A DNA stretch of 64,000 bases, taken from an uncultured delta proteobacterium. Its GTDB lineage: Bacteria; Myxococcota; Myxococcia; Myxococcales; Myxococcaceae. Location of the stretch: NCBI GenBank assembly GCA_963776345.1, contig CAVZMH010000012.1:32001-96000 (forward strand), given 5' to 3'. The notes beneath the pieces were generated by a model. That model had not been told where the DNA came from. It ran no database searches and saw only the letters and a program-made list of their open reading frames with translations. This document shows, piece after piece, positions 23,348 through 32,806 of the stretch; position 1 is the first letter of the stretch; each line of letters starts with the position of its first letter. Made by a program: the position numbers and the translations under genes.

Positions 23348-25646
23348 ATGAGGACCTGGGCCAGGCGCATCGCAGCCCTGGTGCCCGTGCTGGGAGTCAC
23401 GGCCGCGGTGGTGGCGGTGGTCGACGTCCGCGGGCAGCTCCCGGACCGGCGCACGCCCCGCATCCCCGGGCTCGCGGCGCCGGTGGAGGTCCGCTTCGAC
23501 GCCCGGGGCATCCCCACGGTCCGCGCCGGCTCGCTCCGGGACGCGCTGCGCGTCGAGGGGTACCTCCAGGCGCGCGAGCGGCTCTTCCAGATGGAGCTCG
23601 GCCGCCGCGTCGCGGGCGGCGAGGTCTCGGAGCTGGTGGGGCCCGCCGCGCTCGGGCTCGACCGGCGCCAGCGCGTCTACGGCTTCGCCGGGGTGGCCGA
23701 GGAGGCCGTCCGCCGGCTTCCGGCCGAGGAGCGCGACGACGCCCAGGCGCTCGCCGACGGCGTCAACGCCTTCATCGCCACGCACCACGGTCGCTGGGGG
23801 CTCGAGTTCCAGTTCCTGGCGCTCGAGCCGCGGCCGTGGACCCCCGCCGACTCCATCCGGGTCCTGCTCCTGATGCACCAGCAGCTCTCCGAGAGCTGGG
23901 AGCACGAGCTGGTCTCCGAGGCGCTGTCCGCGCTCCCGCCCGAGCGGCGGAGCTTCCTCCTCCCGGACGTCAGCGCCGACGACGTGCTGGTCGTTCCGGA
24001 CGCCGAGCCGAGGCCGCCGCCGAGCACCGCCGGTCTGCTCACCCGCGGCGCGCCCCCGGCGCGGCCCGGCGCCGGCGCCCCCGCGGCCCGAGCCGCTGGA
24101 GGTCCTCGGCGTCCCGCTCGAGCCGTCGGGGTGGGCCTCGCCGCCCGAGGTGGGGAGCAACGGCTGGGTCATCGCCGGCGCGCACACCGCGCGAGGCAAG
24201 CCCATCCTCGCCAACGACCCTCACCTGGGCTTCACCGCGCCCGGCACCTGGTACCCGATGCGCATCGAGCTGCTCGCGCCCGACGGCTCGGTGCAGCGCT
24301 GGGTGCAGGGGGTGAGCCTCCCGGGGCTGCCCGGGCTGGTCATCTTCCAGAACGACCGGCTGGCCATCGGCTTCACCAACACCGGCACCGACGTGCAGGA
24401 CCTCTACCGCGAGCCCGAGGTGGGCCAGCGGGTGGAGCGCATCGCGGTGAAGGGCGCCGCGTCCGAGACGCTCACCGTGTCGCTCGGCCGCCACGGCCCG
24501 ATGGTGCGGCCCGGCCTCTCCCTCCACTGGGCGGCGCTGGACCCGTCGACGCTGCGGCTGCCGGTCACGAGGATGATGCTGGCCACCGACTGGGCGAGCC
24601 TCAACGCGGCGGCGGACGGCTTCCTCGGTCCGGGCCAGAACGTCCTCTACGCGGACGTGGACGGGCACATCGGCTGGCGCGCCGCCGGGGTGCTCCCGCT
24701 GCGCGCGGCCGGGGACGACGGGCGCACGCCGCGAGACGGCTCCACGCCGGCGCACGACTGGACGGGCTACCTCCCACCCTCGCGGATGCCGCGGGTGCTC
24801 GACCCGCCGTCGGGCCGGGTGGTCACCGCCAACCAGCGCCTCATCGGGACGGCGAGCGGCGTCCACTGGGCCTCGGAATGGGCCTCGCCCACTCGCGCGC
24901 GTCGGATCACCGAGCTGGTCTCGAGCGAGGGACACGATGCGCGCTCGGTCCGGGCGATGCAGCTGGACACCGTGGGCATCGTCCATCGCGAGGTGGTGGA
25001 GCGGCTCGCCCCGCTGCTCCGCCCGGAGCTGGCCAGGGCATTCGCCGGGTGGGACGGCCGGGCCAGCGCCGACTCGCGCCTGTTCCGTGCGGCCGAGGAG
25101 GTGCGCCGCCGGGCCTACGTCGCCGTCGCCGTCGCCGCAGCCGCGCTGCGGGGCGCGGGCCTCACGGCCGAGGACCTCCACTGGTACAACAGCGACCCGA
25201 CCCTGCTCGCCGGGGTGCGCGCCTCGCCCGAGGGCTGGAGGAGGGCCGGGCTGGGAGACCGGGACGCGGTGCTCGGAGCAGCCGTCCGCGACGTGACGCT
25301 CGACGGGCCCGCGTGGGGCGAGCGGAACCGGCTGGAGGTGAAGCATCCATTCGGGCGCTCGGGCGGCGTGCTGGGCTGGCTGTTCAATCCGCCGGCTCCG
25401 GCGCTCTCCGGCTGCGACCGGTGCGTCCGGGTGGCAACGCCGCAGTTCGGGCAGAGCATGCGCTTCGTGGTGGACCTCGCCGATCCCGAGGCGACCACGC
25501 TGGTGCTGGCGCTCGGCGCCTCGGGCCACGTCTGGAGCCCGAACCGCACGGATCAGCAGCGCGACTGGCTGGAGGGCGATCTCGACGGGCACCGCACCCG
25601 GCTGCACGCGCCCTCGGTGGGCGCGCCGATGGTCTTCGCCCCGTGA
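23348..25646 (+). CDS. Penicillin acylase family (S45 Ntn hydrolase), frameshifted at about 24050-24100
   Basis: Alpha part in the 23348 frame (DARGIP, GYLQARERLFQME); beta part in the 24150 frame (GSNGW, ANDPHL, GLPG, QNVLYAD, TANQR, SMRFVVDL). Confidence 0.85.
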
Positions 25647-27256
25647 AGCGGTTCGCGGATCTCTACGAGGCGCTCGACTCGACCACCTCGACCCTGGCCA
25701 AGGTGGCCGCGATGGGCCGGTACTTCCGCGAGGCGCCGGCGGGCGACGCCGCGTGGGCGCTGTGGTTCCTCACCGGGCGGCGTCCGAAGCGGCTCCTGGG
25801 AGTGCGGGCGCTGGTGGGCTGGACGCTCGAGCTCACCGGGACGCCGGACTGGCTGTTCGCCGAGTGCTACGCGGTGGTGGGCGACCTCGCCGAGTGCATC
25901 GCGCTCCTGCTCGACGACGGCACCCGCGTCACCCACCCCGACGAGACGCCGCTGTCGGAGTGGATGGAGCAGCGCATCCTCCCGCTGCGGGGACTCGACG
26001 CCGAGGAGCAGCGGGCCCGGGTCACCGGCTGGTGGCGCACGCTCGACCGGCGGGAGCTCTTCCTCCTCAACAAGCTGCTGACCGGCGAGCTCCGGGTGGG
26101 GGTCTCGGCGACGCTGGTCCTGCGCGCGCTGGCCGAGGTGGCCCAGCTTCCGCCGGCGCTCCTCGCCCAGCGCACGATGGGCGACTGGACCCCGTCGGCC
26201 GAGCTCCTCGAGCGCCTCCTCGCGCGGGAGCACGTGACGGACGACGCGTCACGGCCCTACCCCTTCTTCCTCGCCTCGCCGCTGGAGGACGGGCCGGAGG
26301 GCCTGGGCGAACGCGCGGCGTGGCAGGCCGAATGGAAGTGGGACGGCATCCGCGGACAGCTCATCCGGCGCGAGTCCCGCGTGTTCCTCTGGTCGCGGGG
26401 CGAGGAGCTGGTCACCGAGCGCTTCCCCGAGGTGGTCGAGGCCGGCGAGACGCTGCCCGACGGCACGGTGCTCGACGGCGAGGTGCTGGCGTACGGCGAG
26501 GACCGGCCGCTCCCGTTCGCCCTGCTGCAGACCCGCATCGGGAGGCAGACGCTGACCCCCAAGATCCTCGCCCGGGCGCCGGCGGCGTTCATGGCCTACG
26601 ACCTGCTCGAGCAGGAGGGGCGCGACCTCCGCGAGCTGCCGCTGTCCGGGCGCCGCGCGCGGCTCGAGGCGCTCCTCGCCGGCCGGCACCGCCGCTTCTT
26701 CCTCTCCGAGGTGCTCGCCGACCCGAGCTGGGAGTCGCTGGCAAAGCGGCGGCAGGAGGCGCGGGAACGGAAGGTGGAAGGGCTGATGCTCAAGCGCCTC
26801 GACTCGCCATACCGCACCGGCCGCCGACGCGGCGACTGGTGGAAGTGGAAGATCGACCCGTTCCAGGTCGACGCGGTGCTGCTCTACGCGCACCCGGGCA
26901 ACGGCCGGCGGGCCAACCTCTTCACCGACTACACCTTCGCCGTCTGGGACCAGGGCACGCTGGTCCCGGTGGCCAAGGCATACTCGGGGCTCAGCGACGC
27001 GGAGATCCGCGAGCTCGACGGCTGGGTGCGGTCACACACCGTCCAGCGCTTCGGGCCGGTGCGCGCGGTGGAGCCGACCCAGGTCTTCGAGCTGCACTTC
27101 GAGGGGATCGCGCGGTCCACGCGGCACAAGTCGGGGGTCGCGGTGCGCTTCCCGCGCATCGCCCGCTGGCGGACCGACAAGCCGGCCAGCGAGGCGGACA
27201 CGCTGGAGAGTCTGAAACGGATGATCCCCGGGGCGGCGCACCCCGGGGATCGCTGA
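25643..27256 (+). CDS. ATP-dependent DNA ligase (damage-response type)
   Basis: GTG overlaps the acylase stop; EWKWDGIR adenylation motif, LDGE, EGLMLK, WWKWK, RFPRI. Confidence 0.93.
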   Translation: MKRFADLYEALDSTTSTLAKVAAMGRYFREAPAGDAAWALWFLTGRRPKRLLGVRALVGWTLELTGTPDWLFAECYAVVGDLAECIALLLDDGTRVTHPDETPLSEWMEQRILPLRGLDAEEQRARVTGWWRTLDRRELFLLNKLLTGELRVGVSATLVLRALAEVAQLPPALLAQRTMGDWTPSAELLERLLAREHVTDDASRPYPFFLASPLEDGPEGLGERAAWQAEWKWDGIRGQLIRRESRVFLWSRGEELVTERFPEVVEAGETLPDGTVLDGEVLAYGEDRPLPFALLQTRIGRQTLTPKILARAPAAFMAYDLLEQEGRDLRELPLSGRRARLEALLAGRHRRFFLSEVLADPSWESLAKRRQEARERKVEGLMLKRLDSPYRTGRRRGDWWKWKIDPFQVDAVLLYAHPGNGRRANLFTDYTFAVWDQGTLVPVAKAYSGLSDAEIRELDGWVRSHTVQRFGPVRAVEPTQVFELHFEGIARSTRHKSGVAVRFPRIARWRTDKPASEADTLESLKRMIPGAAHPGDR

Positions 27257-27278
27257 GCCGCCAGACCCTGCCGCGGGC

Positions 27279-29786
27279 TCAGTTGATGATGAACAGGTCG
27301 AGGCTCACTGCGTTGGAGACGCCCACCTGGTTGAGCGAATCGTTCACGTACACCTTGAGCGTCCCGATGCCCGTGGTGCATCCGGCCGTCTTCAGCGTGC
27401 TCGTGTCCCAGGTCGCGTTGATGTAGGGCGGCGAGTCCGGCTGCGGCGTCACGGTGAGGGTCTCCTCGAGGCAGCCGGTGAACGGGGACTGCCACGTCCA
27501 GCGGTAGGTCAGGGGAGCCACGCCTCCCTGCGGGAAGGCCTGGAGCGTGACCACGGAGCCAGCCTGCGCCGAGGCAGGGCTCACCGGCTTGGTGATGGTG
27601 ATGGTCGGATTGGGCGGCGTGGGCTGCACGTCGATGACGATCGACGCCGACCCCTGCCCCCCGAACTGGTCCCGTGCGGTGAAGGTCAGCGTCCGGGGCC
27701 CGGCGCTCCCCGCGAAGTAGGTCTGGATGCAGCCCGGGCCGATGAATCCATCGCTCGCGTCGCTGCTGCTCCAGGAGATGTTGTTCGGCGACTGGCAGAG
27801 GTCGGAGAGGTTCTGGAACGCCTTGCCCACCACCTGGAAATTGCGGTCCGCGTAGACGGTGTCACCGGCGCCGGGACTCACGATCGAGGCGGCGACCGGG
27901 ACGTCATTGATGGTCACCTGGACCTGCGCCGAGGTCGTGGCGCCCTGGCTGTCCTTCGCCGTGGCGGTGATCACCTGGGCCCCGATCTTCTTGAAGGCGT
28001 AGGTCAGCGACACGCCGGCGCCGAGATTGCCTTCCACGTCCGACTGCCAGGAAATCTGGCAGCAGGCGTTCCCGTCCTCGAGGTCCTTCGCCTGCGCGAT
28101 GAAGCTCACCCCGGGCACCCCCACCGTCTCGCTGGCATTGTTCGCCGGCGTGGTGATGCGAATCGCCGGCGGATTGTTCTGCTTGCTCAGCGCGGACTTC
28201 ACCGCGGCCAGCGCGTTGATGACCAGCCCGTCCCCGCCCGGCGTCGAGTCGGCGGTGTTCAGGAGGATGGCGAACACCTGGTCGGCGTTCAGCGAGGGGT
28301 CCGCGGCCCAGACCAGCGCGGCGATGCCGGCCGAGAAGGGAGAGGAGAAGCTGGTTCCGCTGTCCCACCGGCCCGCGCTGCCCTGGATGTTCCCCGCGCC
28401 GTCCGGATCCGGTCCGACGATGACCGTGAACGGGGCGTAGAAGTCCACCGAGTTGTCCTGGGCCGCCGGAGAGTCGCCGTTGTTGCGGCGCCGCTGGAAC
28501 CGTCCCCAGTTGCTGCCCGGGTCCGCGTAGCGGGTCCCGTACTTCAGGCCGGCGACGCAGACCACGTCGTCCATCTCACAGGGGAGGTAGACGTCGCTCT
28601 CCCAGCAGACGCCGAAGCAGTCCTCGTGGTCGACGTCCGCCCCCTCGTTCCCCGCCGCGGCGAAGACCAGGGCGCCCTGCGCGAAGCGGATCTGCACCGG
28701 TCCGAAGGTCTTGCCCCGGATCAAGGTGATGATGTTGTTCAGGGGCACGATCATGAAGCCGAGCACGCCGGGCCACGAGGTGGTCGCGCTGATGTTGATC
28801 ACCCGGGGGCCTTCCGCCAGGGAGCCGAGGACGTTCATCGCGTAGCCGACGTACTGGAAGACGTCGGGAGAGGGGCTGGGCACCGCGAGGACGTCGGCGA
28901 TGGGGGCGGCCGTCCCCACCCCGCCGTACTCGTTGTCCAGGATCCCGGCGAGGGTCGACATCACCGCGGTCCCGTGCCAGGGGCAGGGGCTGCTGCCGGT
29001 GCAGGTCGCGGGGTTCATCTTCCCCCAGCCGTTGCTCGGCAGCATCCCGGCCGAGACCGGCACGTCCGGGTTCTTCACGAAACCGCCGTCCAGGATCAGC
29101 ACCTTCACCCTGTTCCCCAGCTTCCCTGCCGCGAGGAGGGCCTGCCACGCCTCGGGCACGTGGTGGATGAGCATGTGCGGCCAGGTGAAGGGATCGGAGC
29201 TCACCGAGCTGTCCGGCGGCGCACCCTCGGTGGCGCTCCCCTCCCAGAGGCCCTGCGAGACGAGCAGGGGGTTGATGCCGACGGAGAGGCTCGGGTCGGC
29301 CAGCCTCTCCTGGGTGGCCACCGCGAGGAGCTGGGTCACCCGGTCGCTCGAGACCTTGAGATCGCCGCGCGCCTGGGGATCGATGCTCTGCCACTTGGCC
29401 CCGAGCCCGGAGACGTCCGCTCCGCTCGGGTCGACGCGCACCAGGTACATCCGGAAGTCGGTGCTCCCGATGGCGTCGAACGCCGCACTGGAGACGACGG
29501 TCCCCTTCCAGCGGGCGGCCAGCGCGTCGACCTTCGACTTCTGGTCGGTGACCACCATCAGCTCGTCGAGCACCAGGTCGCTCTTCCCCCCGGGCCCCTG
29601 CACCGCGCCCACCGCGCGGTCGGGCCCGCCGTCGATGCCGGCCACGGTGGGCATCGAAGGTGTCACCGTGGGGTCGGTCTGGATCGTCGGGACGGGGGGA
29701 CGGTTCGAGTTGTTGCTGTTCCCCGGCTGCGTGCAGGCGCACAGCAGCAGGGCCCAGACCACGGTTCGGACGCCTCTCGGGTGCAT
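27279..29786 (-). CDS. S8 subtilase lipoprotein with C-terminal Ig/PKD-like domains
   Basis: LCAC lipobox; catalytic ILDGGF, WHGTAV, AAAGNEG, SGTSFSSP; GGAGG RBS. Confidence 0.88.
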   Translation of the reverse strand: MHPRGVRTVVWALLLCACTQPGNSNNSNRPPVPTIQTDPTVTPSMPTVAGIDGGPDRAVGAVQGPGGKSDLVLDELMVVTDQKSKVDALAARWKGTVVSSAAFDAIGSTDFRMYLVRVDPSGADVSGLGAKWQSIDPQARGDLKVSSDRVTQLLAVATQERLADPSLSVGINPLLVSQGLWEGSATEGAPPDSSVSSDPFTWPHMLIHHVPEAWQALLAAGKLGNRVKVLILDGGFVKNPDVPVSAGMLPSNGWGKMNPATCTGSSPCPWHGTAVMSTLAGILDNEYGGVGTAAPIADVLAVPSPSPDVFQYVGYAMNVLGSLAEGPRVINISATTSWPGVLGFMIVPLNNIITLIRGKTFGPVQIRFAQGALVFAAAGNEGADVDHEDCFGVCWESDVYLPCEMDDVVCVAGLKYGTRYADPGSNWGRFQRRRNNGDSPAAQDNSVDFYAPFTVIVGPDPDGAGNIQGSAGRWDSGTSFSSPFSAGIAALVWAADPSLNADQVFAILLNTADSTPGGDGLVINALAAVKSALSKQNNPPAIRITTPANNASETVGVPGVSFIAQAKDLEDGNACCQISWQSDVEGNLGAGVSLTYAFKKIGAQVITATAKDSQGATTSAQVQVTINDVPVAASIVSPGAGDTVYADRNFQVVGKAFQNLSDLCQSPNNISWSSSDASDGFIGPGCIQTYFAGSAGPRTLTFTARDQFGGQGSASIVIDVQPTPPNPTITITKPVSPASAQAGSVVTLQAFPQGGVAPLTYRWTWQSPFTGCLEETLTVTPQPDSPPYINATWDTSTLKTAGCTTGIGTLKVYVNDSLNQVGVSNAVSLDLFIIN

Positions 29787-29815
29787 GACTCCTCCGGTGA
29801 TGGAGGCCCCGGTGA

Positions 29816-29831
29816 AGCAGGGCCCGTGCCC
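29816..29831 (-). promoter_or_regulatory. Putative sigma54 (-24/-12) promoter of the S8 peptidase
   Basis: Minus strand GGGCACGGGCCCTGCT = GG-N10-GC, close to the TGGCACG-N4-TTGC consensus. Confidence 0.65.
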
Positions 29832-29872
29832 GTGAGTGCCGGCGGGATGTTGCGCGGGTGGGATGCCCGTCG

Positions 29873-29921
29873 GTCACACCTCGGAGCGGGCGGTGTCACA
29901 CCGCCCGGAGCGGGGTGTCAC
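29873..29921. repeat. Three GTCAC cores at 22-bp period, including palindrome GGGCGGTGT-C-ACACCGCCC; candidate enhancer sites
   Basis: GTCAC at 29873, 29895, 29917; inverted repeat at 29888-29906. Confidence 0.6.
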
Positions 29922-32767
29922 GGCCCAGCAGCGTGCGCCGTCCGGGGCCGGGCGACCCGCTCCAGGCGCGCGAGCACGGCGGAATCCTCGGCGTCGAGCC
30001 GCGGCCGGAGCGGGGCGAGCGCCCGGAGTGCGGCCGCGAGTTCCTTTTCCGGGATCGACGGATGGCCACCGGCCGCGGCCAGGGCATGGGCGAGGAGCGC
30101 AGCACGGGCGCGAAGCACGGGGAGCTCCAGGCCGAGCTCGGTCTCGACTGCGCGATCCGGCTCCAGCGCAGCCCGGGCCTCCTCGAGCCCGGCCGTGGCC
30201 GCCGCGTGGTCGCCCAGGACGAGGTCCAGCTCGGCACGGGACAGGACCAGGTCGGCCTCGTCGTGCCGCCTCCGGGCGTTGGTGGGCTGCTCGGCGCGCA
30301 GCGCCCGGACCTCGGCCAGCGCGGTCTCGAGCAGTTCCCGAGCGTGCGCCGGCGACCGCCCCCGCTCGGCCTCCGCCGCCCGGGCGTGGGCCACGATCCA
30401 CATCTGCCGCACGACGGCGTCGCGCGGCCGCGAGGTCCGCATCCGTCGGTCCAGGTCGATGGCCTCGAGGCTCGAGCGCCGCGCCTCCTCGAGCATGCCG
30501 CTCCGTCGCTCGACGTCCGAGAGCTCGCTCAGCGCCCGGATGAGACCGTCGCCCCAGGTGTCGTTCTCGGGCTGCTCGCGGACCAGCGTCCGGTAGAGCT
30601 CCACCGCGCGCTGGCAATCCGGTCGGCCGTGCTCCGGCTGCCCGCGGTCCGCGCTCAGCTGGCAGCGATCGGTGAGCGTCGAGGCGAAGCTGTCCCGCCA
30701 CAGGCGGTTGGAAGGGTCCCCCGCCGAGAGCTGCTGCCGGGTCCCGACGGCCTCGTCCATCAGGCGGGAGGCCCCGGTCCAGTCGCCGCGCTTCGAGTCC
30801 ACCGTCGACGTCACGTGCAGCGCTCCGGCGAAGACGACCTGCACCGAGGCGTCTTCGCGCTTCCGTGTTGCGAGATCGCGCCACAGGTCGACCGAACGGG
30901 TGAGAGTGGTGTGCGCCTCCTCCAGGCGATCGACCGCTTGAAGCAGATACCCGAGTGAGAGCTCGGCCGCAGCGAGTTCGTGGAGCGTCTCGTCCGACCG
31001 GTGCCGCGTGGCGAACGACGCCAGCCGGTCGCGCGCCACGACGAGTCTCTGGAGTGCCGCGTCGGTCTCTCCCCGGCGGTAGAGGATGTTCGAGAGGTTG
31101 GCCGAGATCCGGTAGACGTTCTTCTGGACGGCGAAATCGTCCGGCTGCCGGTCAGCCGCCTCCACCGCCAGGTCCAGTGCGCGCTGGCCGGCGGCGCGGG
31201 CCGGATCGAGGCGGCCCAGTCCGAGCTCGGAGCTCGCGATCCGGCTCCAGCTGTTGCTCACGGCCCGCAGGCGCTGGGGATCACCGGGCGCCTCGCCCAG
31301 CGCCGACTCGCGCAGCTGCAGGGCCCGGCGCTGGAGCGGCAGCGCCCGGGTGTGGTCGCCCCGGTCGCGCGCCACGTCTCCGAGGAGCTCGAGCGCGGCC
31401 GCGGCGCGGAGCCGCGCGTCGGCGCCAGGATTCGCCTCCACCGACTGCAGCCGCTGGTAGTACTCCTCCACTCGCTCGCCGGTGCTGGCCAGGAGGTCGA
31501 GCCGCCCAAGCGATTGCAGATCGTCGCGGAGCCTGAACACCACGAACTGGACCAGCTCCTCCGCCGCGTCGCGCCGGGTCTCGGCCACGACCCGAAGCGC
31601 CTCGGCGCGGCGCTTCTCCTGGACGATCCGGAAGAAGGAGAACGCCCCGCCGGCGAGCAGGACCGCGAGCGACGCCGCGCCCACCCGCACCAGCGTCCGG
31701 TGCCGCCGCATCCAGTGGGACACCAGCTCCCGGGGGGTGTAGGCGTGCGCCCGGACCCTCCGGCCGGCGAGGTAGGCCCGGAGCTCCTCGGCCAGCGCCG
31801 AGGCGTCGGGGTAGCGGTCGCCGGGGGCGAAGGCCAGGGCGCGGTCCACGATGCTCGCCAGCTCCGGCGGCGCCGCGGGCGTGGTGCTGCGCAGCGGCGG
31901 CGGAGGCCCCGAGCGCACCTGCTCGAGGATCTCGACCGCGGAGGCCCCGGAGTACGGCGGGGCGCCGGACACCACGTGGGAGAGCATCGCCCCGAGCGCC
32001 CAGACGTCCGAGCGCGCATCCGCCGGCTCCCCGCGCGCCTGCTCCGGGGGCATGTACGCCGGGGTCCCCAGCGTTCCGCCCGCCACTGTCAGACCCGCGG
32101 AGTCGCCGGAGGTGCCAGACACCTCGTGACCGGACACGGCGTCGGCGGCACCAGGCCGTCGCTCGGCCGGGTCCGAGATCTCCTTCGCCAGCCCCCAGTC
32201 GGCGACCAGCGTCTCGTCGAACTCGCCCAGCAGCACGTTGGACGGCTTGAGGTCCCGGTGGATGACGCCCGAGGCGTGCGCGTACGCCACCGCGTTGCAT
32301 GCGGCGAGCACGCCGGGCAGGAGCGCGAGCCGCGCCTCGAGGCCGGTCGCCGCGGCGATGGCCCGGTCGAGCGGCAGCCCGGTGCTGCGCTTCATCGCCA
32401 GGAAAGGCTCGCCGGTGCTCAGCCGCCCCATCTCGTGTAGGGGCACGATCGCCGGATGCTGCAGGCGCGCCGTGATGCGCCCCTCGCGGAGGAACCGCTC
32501 GATGGCCACCGGCTCGGTGCGCTGGAGGATCTTCAGCGCCACCTCGCGCCCGAGCCGCCGGTCGCGCGCCAGGAACACGCGGCTGCTGCCGCCGGAGCCC
32601 AGCTCGGGGCCGAGCTCGTAGGTGTCCTCGGGCACCAGCACCAGATCCGAGGCGTCGGCGGGGACCAGCACCTGCCCGGGCGCCTCGGTCACCGCGCTCA
32701 CGGTGGGTGCCGCGACGGGCTCGACGCGATCCGCGCTCGGCGCTCGGGGTGTGCGCGCTTGGGGCAC
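29918..32767 (-). CDS. Hanks-type Ser/Thr protein kinase with TM segment and TPR-like C-terminus
   Basis: GSGGSSRV, VALK, HRDLKPSN, DWGLAK, GTPAYMPPE; start uncertain. Confidence 0.9.
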   Translation of the reverse strand: MPQARTPRAPSADRVEPVAAPTVSAVTEAPGQVLVPADASDLVLVPEDTYELGPELGSGGSSRVFLARDRRLGREVALKILQRTEPVAIERFLREGRITARLQHPAIVPLHEMGRLSTGEPFLAMKRSTGLPLDRAIAAATGLEARLALLPGVLAACNAVAYAHASGVIHRDLKPSNVLLGEFDETLVADWGLAKEISDPAERRPGAADAVSGHEVSGTSGDSAGLTVAGGTLGTPAYMPPEQARGEPADARSDVWALGAMLSHVVSGAPPYSGASAVEILEQVRSGPPPPLRSTTPAAPPELASIVDRALAFAPGDRYPDASALAEELRAYLAGRRVRAHAYTPRELVSHWMRRHRTLVRVGAASLAVLLAGGAFSFFRIVQEKRRAEALRVVAETRRDAAEELVQFVVFRLRDDLQSLGRLDLLASTGERVEEYYQRLQSVEANPGADARLRAAAALELLGDVARDRGDHTRALPLQRRALQLRESALGEAPGDPQRLRAVSNSWSRIASSELGLGRLDPARAAGQRALDLAVEAADRQPDDFAVQKNVYRISANLSNILYRRGETDAALQRLVVARDRLASFATRHRSDETLHELAAAELSLGYLLQAVDRLEEAHTTLTRSVDLWRDLATRKREDASVQVVFAGALHVTSTVDSKRGDWTGASRLMDEAVGTRQQLSAGDPSNRLWRDSFASTLTDRCQLSADRGQPEHGRPDCQRAVELYRTLVREQPENDTWGDGLIRALSELSDVERRSGMLEEARRSSLEAIDLDRRMRTSRPRDAVVRQMWIVAHARAAEAERGRSPAHARELLETALAEVRALRAEQPTNARRRHDEADLVLSRAELDLVLGDHAAATAGLEEARAALEPDRAVETELGLELPVLRARAALLAHALAAAGGHPSIPEKELAAALRALAPLRPRLDAEDSAVLARLERVARPRTAHAAGP

Positions 32768-32806
32768 CTGGGGCCTCGGGACGACCCCCGATGATACGCT
32801 CGGCCG

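Noticed and set aside
23348..27256. 1302-aa acylase-DNA ligase fusion ORF
   Set aside because: The middle third is off-frame Arg/Gly/Ala-rich text; the true acylase beta chain is in another frame and the ligase has its own GTG at 25643
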